27,678 nt of DNA from NCBI GenBank assembly GCA_041288095.1, contig JBGGMJ010000106.1:1-27678 (forward strand), given 5' to 3'. Under the pieces are notes generated by a model, which did not search any database, was not told the DNA's origin, and worked only from the letters and a program-made list of their open reading frames with translations. A program made the translations under genes and the position numbers. This DNA is from Myxococcota bacterium (GTDB taxonomy: Bacteria > Myxococcota > XYA12-FULL-58-9 > JALHOP01). Positions 1 through 15,209 of the stretch are shown in pieces. The stretch's first letter is position 1; each line of letters begins with the position of its first letter.

Positions 1-333
1 CGGCCGCGCATCGTAGCCGGGCGCGAACATCGCGATGGTGCCCCCCTGATGACCGACGGGCGACCACTGGGTTTCGACGATGAAGCCGCGCTCGACCCAG
101 CGCTGAACGAAGTCACGTGGCAGCGGTCCAATGAGCTCCCCTACCGAGGCGGCGAGCTGTGGCAGCGGCCCCTGTACCCCCAGCAAGGCGAGGGCGACGC
201 TCGAGACCTCGCCCTCCTGATCCTCGCTGATCTGCAGGAAGGGCTCGCGTCGAATGGCGCGTCGGATCCCGTAGAACTGGGCCAACGACGCCAGGGCATC
301 GGGGCTGTGCTCGACATCGGCGTGCATGCGCAT
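1..333 (-). CDS. Hypothetical protein, truncated at window edge (MRMHADVEHSPDALASLAQFYGIRR...)
   Basis: Manual translation shows an open minus-strand frame from ATG 333 (or 327) to position 1 with no stop. It is co-oriented with, and 33 nt after, the SCP2-like gene. It is absent from the ORF track because it has no stop codon in the window. Confidence 0.6.
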   Translation of the reverse strand, partial: MRMHADVEHSPDALASLAQFYGIRRAIRREPFLQISEDQEGEVSSVALALLGVQGPLPQLAASVGELIGPLPRDFVQRWVERGFIVETQWSPVGHQGGTIAMFAPGYDARP

Positions 334-366
334 GGCGGATCCATGCGTACAGCCGGAAAAGGTTTC

Positions 367-717
367 CTAAAGGCAGCGAACGTCGAGCGGTCCCAGGCGC
401 CGTGGCGCGGCGGCGTCCCGGAGGACCACCAACGCCCCGCGGTCACCTTCGCAGAGTAGGGGCTCGTCCGGACCGAGCGTCGAGTCACCGGTAGCCAGCA
501 AGCGCAGGAGCGTCTTGGGCCGGCAAGTGAGGGTCAGCGCCACGTCGATGGGCGCTTCGGGCGCGAACAACTGGCCCGGCCGTCTGGGATCGAACACCCA
601 GGTGCGGGCGGTGACGTCGAGCATCGCGAAGGCGATACGCACCCGCGCGACCCCGCGTTCTCGAGCGCCCCGGCACAGCTCTTCGAGCAGACCAAAGACG
701 ACGACGTCACTGTCCAT
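367..717 (-). CDS. Small protein with probable SCP2 (sterol carrier/lipid-transfer)-like fold
   Basis: The ATG at 717 (MDSDVVVF) overlaps the end of the upstream gene by 11 nt. The pattern TWVFD...DVALTLTC...LLRLLATG...LLCEGDRGAL resembles SCP2 domains. Confidence 0.55.
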   Translation of the reverse strand: MDSDVVVFGLLEELCRGARERGVARVRIAFAMLDVTARTWVFDPRRPGQLFAPEAPIDVALTLTCRPKTLLRLLATGDSTLGPDEPLLCEGDRGALVVLRDAAAPRRLGPLDVRCL

Positions 718-1930
718 CGACGGTTCCCGAGCGGCGTGTACGCATGGCCTGGGCGTCGGCGATGATCCTGCCTTTGACGCCGGGATCACGTCCCTCCGGC
801 ACGCGCGCGCCTTTGACGCGCTCCAGGAGATGACCGAGCAGATCGTCGATGGGAGCCGCGGCTGCCCGTGGGAGCTTAGCGAGCAGCGCGAGCTGACGAA
901 CGTCGTCTTCGTAGAAGGTCGCGTCGCGCAGGCGCGGGTGCTTCGTGTTGCCGGCAAGCTTGGCTTCGAGCGCCTTGGCGATGTCGTCGATCGCTTCGTT
1001 CACGCTCCGCTGAAACGCGGCGGCCTCCGGGCCCAGGGAGCGCGCGGCGAGGCGCTCGATGTGTTCGAACAGGTCGGCGTTGCTCGCGACCAGCTGGTTG
1101 CGAGCGAGCTGCACGAAGAGCTCACGACAGCCAACCGGCCCGAGGGTGTCCGCTCGCCGGCCGATGGCCCCGATGACTTCGTCGACCGCGGCGACGGTAG
1201 CCATTCCCTTCAGCGCCATGGCGCGAATCGCGCCGACCTCCGCGCGCGCGACGAGCTCTGGACCGGGCAGGGCCGTCAGCTCCGCGGCGATGTCCGACAG
1301 GGTCTGCTTCGGCGCACGGCGTGCTATAGCGAACAGATACATGCGTTGCAGCGCGTCTTGGTAGGTGGTGACGCCAACGAGCTCGCGGCGAAACAGGTCC
1401 GCGAGGTCACCGACCACGAGCGACGACCCCGAAGAGCTTTCGAGCCAATGTTTGATCGCCGGCTCGACGAGATCGGCGCTCGGCTCGAAGATCGCCGTGA
1501 AGGTCTTTTCGATGCGGGCGGCCCCCGCGAAGTTGCCTGACTTGATGTGCAGCAAATAGCCCTCGGTGACGTTCCGCTCCGCCACCAGCGGATGAATGCC
1601 CTGCAGATCCTCGAGGCGTGTCGCCGTGTCGACCCGGAGTCCGGCGTCGGCGTCGTGGAGCTTCACGATGAAGGCGTCGAGTCGCTGTGCCGCGTCGCCG
1701 CTGTGCAGATCGATCGTGATGCCAAAGAGCCGCGCCGCGTGCTCGACCGCCAGGTGTCGCAGCGCAGCGGCCTCGTCGGGGGGACAGCCCGCCGGAACCT
1801 TCCCCGTGCGCATGAGAACATCGACGTCGCGGGCCCGCACTTTCGCATCCGGCGGGGCCACTTCCCCGGCATGGGCACCAACGAGGTTACGGAGCTTCGC
1901 GAGGGTCAGACCGGTCGAGGTGAGGGCCAT
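707..1930 (-). CDS. Hypothetical, probably alpha-helical protein (~407 aa)
   Basis: Long ORF with protein-like composition. The ATG at 1930 is preceded by GAGGTG, so it is preferred over GTG 1948. No motif recognised. Confidence 0.75.
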   Translation of the reverse strand: MALTSTGLTLAKLRNLVGAHAGEVAPPDAKVRARDVDVLMRTGKVPAGCPPDEAAALRHLAVEHAARLFGITIDLHSGDAAQRLDAFIVKLHDADAGLRVDTATRLEDLQGIHPLVAERNVTEGYLLHIKSGNFAGAARIEKTFTAIFEPSADLVEPAIKHWLESSSGSSLVVGDLADLFRRELVGVTTYQDALQRMYLFAIARRAPKQTLSDIAAELTALPGPELVARAEVGAIRAMALKGMATVAAVDEVIGAIGRRADTLGPVGCRELFVQLARNQLVASNADLFEHIERLAARSLGPEAAAFQRSVNEAIDDIAKALEAKLAGNTKHPRLRDATFYEDDVRQLALLAKLPRAAAAPIDDLLGHLLERVKGARVPEGRDPGVKGRIIADAQAMRTRRSGTVDGQ

Positions 1931-1969
1931 GCCCACCTCATGCGCCACTCGCTCCGATCTTTCCTCGGC

Positions 1970-2839
1970 TCAGCGCCGCGCCACACAAAGCCCGTAGAAT
2001 TTGCCTATGTGCAGTGACGGATGCTCCGTGACCGGGATCGCGTACGCCTGCTCTAGCTCCTCGGCGTGGTAGTCGCGAATTACCGTGAGGCCCATCGGCT
2101 CGAGGTGCTCCTGCAACGTCCCGAAGTGAATGCCGAACTGGAAGGGCTCGCCCCGCGCGGCCACCGCCTTGCGTGTCTTCTTGGCCTCGCGGTCCTTCGT
2201 GGTGCCGTCCGCTGTAGCGGCGTCGATGTAGTCGAAGACGATGCTCGAGCCGGGCGCGCACTCGCCGGCGACAAAGCCGAGTAGGGCGTAGATGGCCGGT
2301 GGCTTGACGTAGAAGGAGAAGCCCTCGGCGATGACGCAGGTGCGCTCTTCGCGCTTGAAGCCTTGCTGCGCGAGCACGTCGCCCAAGCGTCCGCGATTGA
2401 AGTCGAACGAGACGTACTGCGTGCCGTTGGCCGTGGGATCGAGCTTGGCGGCGACGAGCCGCTCGCGTTTGAACGTCTGCGTGAGCACTTGGTCGATCTC
2501 GAAGACGGTGAGGCCGGGCTTTGCGAAGCGCAGCGCCCGCGTATCGAGCCCCGCGCCGATGACGACGAGCTGGGTCGCACCCTCGGAGATGGCTTGGCGC
2601 ACATGCTCGTCGATGACCCGCGTTCGGGCGTAGACGAAGCCGTAGGCACCGGGCATCCGTCGCACCATGAACCAGCGGACGATGTGCCGGATGAATGGCC
2701 AGATGAGCCGCCGCGCCTTGGCCGGTAGGAGCTTGCGCACCACGTCGTCGGTGCCGGGCTCCGGGAATCGTTGGTCGATGACGGCGGACGCCCGCGCCAA
2801 AGCGGCCAACACCGCTGTTTCACTCGCACGCTCTGTCAT
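1970..2839 (-). CDS. Class I SAM-dependent methyltransferase, leucine carboxyl methyltransferase (LCM)-like family
   Basis: Motifs ASETA..AALARA, ARTRVID, QLVVIGAGLDTRALR, VFEID, IAEGFSFY and GEPFQFG. Confidence 0.92.
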   Translation of the reverse strand: MTERASETAVLAALARASAVIDQRFPEPGTDDVVRKLLPAKARRLIWPFIRHIVRWFMVRRMPGAYGFVYARTRVIDEHVRQAISEGATQLVVIGAGLDTRALRFAKPGLTVFEIDQVLTQTFKRERLVAAKLDPTANGTQYVSFDFNRGRLGDVLAQQGFKREERTCVIAEGFSFYVKPPAIYALLGFVAGECAPGSSIVFDYIDAATADGTTKDREAKKTRKAVAARGEPFQFGIHFGTLQEHLEPMGLTVIRDYHAEELEQAYAIPVTEHPSLHIGKFYGLCVARR

Positions 2840-2879
2840 GAGCGCGCGACTATGTCACAAAGCACGCGCCGGGCGAACG

Positions 2880-3113
2880 TCAGGCGAGCGGCTTGCTGAC
2901 GGCGCTCTCGTAGGCCGCGAGGACCTCCGCGAACGGACCGCTCGCGCCACTTTGCAGGACGCGGGTGGCGGCGGCCCTTTCCGAGGCGCTCATGGCGCCG
3001 AACAGGCGCGCGCGGGCGGTCGAGTCCGCTTGAACGGAGCCCGGACCGCGGGCGTCGGTGGTCGATTGGGGTTGAGCTGGTGCTGCAACGGGCGGCGCTT
3101 TGGTGGTGGACAT
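2880..3113 (-). CDS. Small hypothetical protein (77 aa) with Pro/Ala/Thr-rich N-terminus
   Basis: ATG-started ORF that fills the gap between co-oriented genes and has a helical-looking C-terminal half. Confidence 0.55.
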   Translation of the reverse strand: MSTTKAPPVAAPAQPQSTTDARGPGSVQADSTARARLFGAMSASERAAATRVLQSGASGPFAEVLAAYESAVSKPLA

Positions 3114-3202
3114 GCCCTATAGATAAACCACGTCCCGCGGAAATCTGCAGATCAAACGCGGCGCCAGCGAGTCACCGCCACGAACGACGCTTTTCTCTTG
3201 CG

Positions 3203-3475
3203 TCACCCGTCGCTGGGAAACTTCTCGAGCATTGCGCGCAGCGCCTCGACGTTGCGTCTCAACATTTCGCGGAGGTCGGCGTGACTCAAGGGGGGAGCTT
3301 CCTCGAGGAGCTTGGCGGCAGCGGCCTGCTCGCTGTCGCCGATGTTCATGGCAAGCGCGCGTCGCGCCGGTGACTCGTTGCGAACGGGCTCGCCGGTCGC
3401 GCCTCCGGCCGGCGTGGGCTCGCCCGTGGCTCCTGGGGTAGGAGGGAGGCCGCCTGGTGGTAGCTCAGCGCCCAT
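3203..3475 (-). CDS. Small hypothetical protein (90 aa) with Pro/Gly-rich N-terminus and helical C-terminus
   Basis: ATG at 3475 with AGGT upstream. Contains a GATGEP repeat and an amphipathic C-terminus. Divergent from rpoB. Confidence 0.6.
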   Translation of the reverse strand: MGAELPPGGLPPTPGATGEPTPAGGATGEPVRNESPARRALAMNIGDSEQAAAAKLLEEAPPLSHADLREMLRRNVEALRAMLEKFPSDG

Positions 3476-3545
3476 TCGCTACCTATGCAGCTGCCCGCGC
3501 GGGGGCTGGAAATAACGGCCCGCCAACCGATCATGTCTTTTTTTC

Positions 3546-3573
3546 TTGCATCCCGCGAAATCATGTGTATCTT
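3546..3573 (+). promoter_or_regulatory. Predicted sigma70 promoter for rpoBC: TTGCAT-N16-TATCTT
   Basis: -35/-10-like hexamers at 3546-3551 and 3568-3573, preceded by a T-tract, in an AT-rich patch of a GC-rich region. Confidence 0.55.
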
Positions 3574-3593
3574 GCGCATCGGTTCGAAAACCA

Positions 3594-3675
3594 GGGGTCG
3601 CCCGCCAGGGCACCAACGCAAAGTCGGCTGCGGTCGACGAAGGCGGTTAGGTGCGTTGGCGGGCTATCCTTTTTT
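3594..3675 (+). terminator. Attenuator/terminator-like long hairpin plus T6 in the rpoB leader
   Basis: Nested pairings GCCCGCCA/TGGCGGGC, GCACC/GGTGC and GTCGGC-tgcg-GTCGAC, followed by CCTTTTTTGCGC. Confidence 0.55.
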
Positions 3676-4044
3676 GCGCCCCAAAGCCCCCCAAGGCCCC
3701 AAGCGCAGGTAATCGAATCAGGCGGATTGTAGCTATCGTCGAGTGAGTCGAAGTCCGGAAGGCGGCCGGGCGACGTTCAGTTGGGTTCCTGCGACGAAAC
3801 CCGAATGAACGATCCAGTGGTGGCCCCCATTACGGCAATTTGGATCGGGAACGCTTTTTTATTGCGCATTTCTGCTTGCGTCACCTTGCCATCAAGGCGG
3901 GTCACGCGTAGTAGGGCCGCGCGTTTAGCGTTCGTGGACCAATTGTTGCCGTTAGCGGTGGGCTCACGAAACGTTGCTGCGAGTACGCCAAGCGCGGCGC
4001 CAAACCTGGCGCGCGTGAACCAAGGCCGTGGAGCGAATACGTAG

Positions 4045-8247
<4,203 letters not shown>

Positions 8248-8291
8248 CCTTTCGAACAAAACGTTATAACGGACTGAGTGGAGTGTAGAAC

Positions 8292-12464
<4,173 letters not shown>

Positions 12465-12483
12465 CTGCTAGTCTCTAACACTC

Positions 12484-12527
12484 GAAGCCCGGGTCGAGCT
12501 TTGGTTCGACCTGGGCTTTCTGTTTTT
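12484..12527 (+). terminator. Intrinsic terminator of rpoBC
   Basis: Stem-loop AAGCCCGGGTCGAGC-tttg-GTTCGACCTGGGCTT followed by TCTGTTTTT, about 20 nt after the rpoC stop. Confidence 0.85.
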
Positions 12528-12543
12528 CAATACGGAGTGAACC

Positions 12544-12729
12544 TTGAGCAGCCCAGGCTTTGGCAAGCGCCAGAAGGAAATGCGTCGCAAGGACAAGCAG
12601 GACGAGAAGGCCGCCAAGAAGGCGGTTCGTAAGATCGAGTCCGAGAAGCGCGCGGAAATCGCGCGTGAGACGGGCGAAGATCCGGACCTCATCGGCATCG
12701 TGCCGGGGCCGCAGCCACCGCTGTTCTAG
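12544..12729 (+). CDS. Small basic, charged helical protein (61 aa) ending EDPDLIGIVPGPQP
   Basis: TTG start with GGAG RBS. Strong codon bias (AAG, CGT, GAG) similar to rpoBC. Confidence 0.75.
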   Translation: MSSPGFGKRQKEMRRKDKQDEKAAKKAVRKIESEKRAEIARETGEDPDLIGIVPGPQPPLF

Positions 12730-12759
12730 CGGCGGAACGCCCTGGCTGAATCGCCACGG

Positions 12760-13155
12760 CTATTGGATCAACGCCGCTCTGACATCGGTTCGCCGAAAGT
12801 CATCGCCGACGAACAAAAGCACGTCGTCGCGGACCGCTGCGAGCGCGTAGGCGAAGCAGTCGCCGAAGTTGAGCCCAGCGACGTGTCGGCCTTTGCCGTA
12901 GCGACGAAAGGCGTCACAGGCGGCCAGATATTGCTCGGCGTCGAACGCGACGGCCTCGATTCGCAGGCGCTTCACGAATGCATCGAGGATGCGGTCGGCG
13001 CCGGTGGCACGACGGCTCTCGAGCACGATGGTCGTCTCCAGCATGGTGGCGCACGACATGAGACGGTCATCGGTCCGCTCCAGCGCACTCGTGAGCGCCG
13101 CGCTCTGGGGCTCGTCGAACAACATGGCGACGACCGCGGAGGTGTCGATGACCAT
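12760..13155 (-). CDS. vapC: Type II toxin-antitoxin VapC toxin (PIN-domain ribonuclease)
   Basis: Motifs MVIDTSA, E in ATMLE, RYGKGRH..GLNFGDCFAYA and LLFVGDDF. TGATG coupling with the antitoxin gene. Confidence 0.95.
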   Translation of the reverse strand: MVIDTSAVVAMLFDEPQSAALTSALERTDDRLMSCATMLETTIVLESRRATGADRILDAFVKRLRIEAVAFDAEQYLAACDAFRRYGKGRHVAGLNFGDCFAYALAAVRDDVLLFVGDDFRRTDVRAALIQ

Positions 13156-13409
13156 CAGCGTGGCAACCCGTGCTCGTCGTAGCCCAATAATTCGTCGGGG
13201 GTACGCGGATCGGCGACAGGGTAGGCGCGATACCGCGCGGAGAGATCGTGCACCTCATCGGCGAGCGACCTCTTGCGCTTGGCCTGACGGACCCGCGCCA
13301 AGCGCTCGCGTAGCGCCGTAGCAATCGATCCGGTGATGCTTTCACCCGTTTCTCGCGCGAGCTCACGGGCGAGCTCTTCGGTTGTCGGGTCTTTGATGCT
13401 CAATGGCAT
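13155..13409 (-). CDS. vapB: Type II antitoxin VapB (Rv0623-like, ribbon-helix-helix)
   Basis: MPLSIKDP..EELARELARETGESIT..I..ALRERL and C-terminal LGYDEHGLP are typical of this family. Confidence 0.93.
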   Translation of the reverse strand: MPLSIKDPTTEELARELARETGESITGSIATALRERLARVRQAKRKRSLADEVHDLSARYRAYPVADPRTPDELLGYDEHGLPR

Positions 13410-13411
13410 GA

Positions 13412-13446
13412 AGTATATACTAATGGGAAGAAAGGTATAAAATCAA
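13412..13446 (-). promoter_or_regulatory. vapBC promoter TTGATT-N18-TAGTAT with overlapping palindrome AGTATATACT (candidate operator)
   Basis: -35 at 13446-13441 and -10 at 13422-13417, 7 nt from the ATG. Perfect 10-bp palindrome at 13412-13421. Confidence 0.65.
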
Positions 13447-13523
13447 CTGCGGGGCCTACCAGACCAACGCTGGCGCCTGCGGCGTTTGTTGCTGACCTCG
13501 GATCGCCCGGCTACGTTCTTCGT

Positions 13524-15209
13524 GTGGTTGGGCGGCGGCGTATCATCTGCTTCATCGTGCTCGCGCTGGCTGGCTGCCAAACGCGGGCGCGGTCCCTCGC
13601 GCCGGTAGAGCCAAGCGTGGAGCACCTCGTCTTCGATCTCGGCACGCCATGTTCGGCCGAGGGCGATTGTGTCTCCGGCTTCTGTGTTGACGGTGTCTGC
13701 TGCGACAGCGCGTGCGGCGGCGGCGTGCGTGACCTGCTGTCGTGCTCGAGCGTCTACGGCGCGGTGAATGGCTTGGTCGATGGCAGCTGCACCACGCTCC
13801 GCCGCGGCGACCCATGTGGCGTGGTCATTGCCGCCGAGCCCTGCCTCTGGCTCGGCTCGCGCGTGAACGGCGGTGGTCACTGTACGCCTCCCAGCGAAAC
13901 CGTAGGGAGCGCCTGTTTCCCGTGTGTCAACGCCGCGGATTGCGGCGGCGCGTTTCCGGTCTGCGTCGATGGTGCCTGCGGGGGGTGCGATGGCAACTTT
14001 GGCGACGGGACATCGGCTGCCTGTCCCGTCGCCAGCCCTGTTTGCAATAACGGACAGTGCGGTGGGTGCGGTGACTGCGCTGGCCTCGCGCCAGCGTGCG
14101 ACGGCCTGACCGGTATGTGCTCGCCGTGCAATGGCGATTACGGGTCCGACGCAACCCTGCCGTGTCCTCGCGGCGAGAGCCCTGCGTGCCTTGGCAACGG
14201 CGCTTGCGCGAGTTGCTCGGCGACCAACACGACTGCCTGCGAAGGCGCGACGCCAGCGTGCGACACGGCGACGAGCTCATGCGCGAGCTGCAACGGCGAC
14301 TACGGCTCGGCGGCGACGCGGGCGTGCGCTGACCTCGATGCGCCGCTATGCCTCGCCGGAGGGGGCTGCGGTCGTTGCAACACTAGCGCCGACTGCAATG
14401 GCGGTGATGTCTGTCTCCCGGCTCTGGGCACCTGCGGGCCGCCGTGCGCCAGCGATGCGCAGTGCGCGACCGGCGCGTGGTGTGCCGTGGGCGTGTGCAC
14501 GCCGAAGCTTCCGAACGGTAGCGCCTTGCCGGCGGCCGCGCTCGGTGCGGGTACGTGCGTCGACAAGCATGCCGCCCGCGCCTGCCTCTCCGGCACCTGC
14601 AGCGACACCGATCAGGTTTGCGGCTTGCCGAACGACACCAGCTGTTCCGCCGACTCCGAGTGCATCTCCGCGAAGTGCTTCGAGGCCGACCTCCGCTGCG
14701 GCATGCCGTTCCTCGAGGCTTGCTCCACGCCGGCGGTCTGCCGCTCGCGCAATTGCTCGCCTCTCAACACCTGCGGCGAGTGCCGCACCGACGCCGACTG
14801 CGGTGACGCCGATAGCGGCATCATCTGCGACGGCGTCGATCGCACGTGCAAGCCCGGCTGCAGGGGCGAAGAGGGCAATGGCTGCGCGGGCGGCCGGATC
14901 TGCAGCTCGACCGATGAGCGCGTTGGCAAGTGCTCCCAGTGCATCGACGACGCCGGCTGCGGCGGCGCCGCGTCGGGGCGCGTGTGTAACGAATCGCGCG
15001 CCTGCGTGAACGGCTGCCGCGGCGAGGGTGGCAATGGTTGCGGACCCGAGTCGGTGTGCTCCTCGAGCGACGGCACCATTGGGACCTGTAGCAGCGACGG
15101 CCCCGCGAGTTGCTCGTCCTCGGGTGGTTCGGACTTGTCGTTGGCCGTCGGCGGGCTCGCGGTGTTCGCTATCGCGGTCGCGAGGCGGTTGAAGCGCCGG
15201 TCTAGTTAG
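13524..15209 (+). CDS. Cysteine-rich repeat surface protein with N-terminal lipobox-like signal and MYXO-CTERM-like C-terminal anchor
   Basis: N-terminus RRRIICFIVLALAGC. Repeats C(N/D)G(D/N)(Y/F)G x3 and GCRGE.GNGC x2. C-terminus ASCSSSGG-hydrophobic-RRLKRR. Confidence 0.85.
   Translation: MVGRRRIICFIVLALAGCQTRARSLAPVEPSVEHLVFDLGTPCSAEGDCVSGFCVDGVCCDSACGGGVRDLLSCSSVYGAVNGLVDGSCTTLRRGDPCGVVIAAEPCLWLGSRVNGGGHCTPPSETVGSACFPCVNAADCGGAFPVCVDGACGGCDGNFGDGTSAACPVASPVCNNGQCGGCGDCAGLAPACDGLTGMCSPCNGDYGSDATLPCPRGESPACLGNGACASCSATNTTACEGATPACDTATSSCASCNGDYGSAATRACADLDAPLCLAGGGCGRCNTSADCNGGDVCLPALGTCGPPCASDAQCATGAWCAVGVCTPKLPNGSALPAAALGAGTCVDKHAARACLSGTCSDTDQVCGLPNDTSCSADSECISAKCFEADLRCGMPFLEACSTPAVCRSRNCSPLNTCGECRTDADCGDADSGIICDGVDRTCKPGCRGEEGNGCAGGRICSSTDERVGKCSQCIDDAGCGGAASGRVCNESRACVNGCRGEGGNGCGPESVCSSSDGTIGTCSSDGPASCSSSGGSDLSLAVGGLAVFAIAVARRLKRRSS

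Noticed and set aside
3781..4044. 87-aa ORF in frame with and immediately before rpoB
   Set aside because: It has a TTG start, no clear RBS and atypical codon usage. The region is better explained as structured leader, although a leader peptide is not strictly excluded.
8248..8291. Possible rpoB-rpoC fusion or read-through
   Set aside because: rpoB ends in TAA, and rpoC is in a different frame with its own RBS and GTG start.
12730..13520. vapBC as the marker of a mobile element or island boundary
   Set aside because: No integrase, transposase, tRNA or flanking direct repeats were seen; only the promoter region is AT-rich.
13900..15100. Repetitive DNA in the Cys-rich gene as a CRISPR array or tandem DNA repeat
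   Set aside because: The repeats are degenerate, in frame and at the protein level. There is no constant repeat-spacer pattern and no cas gene.
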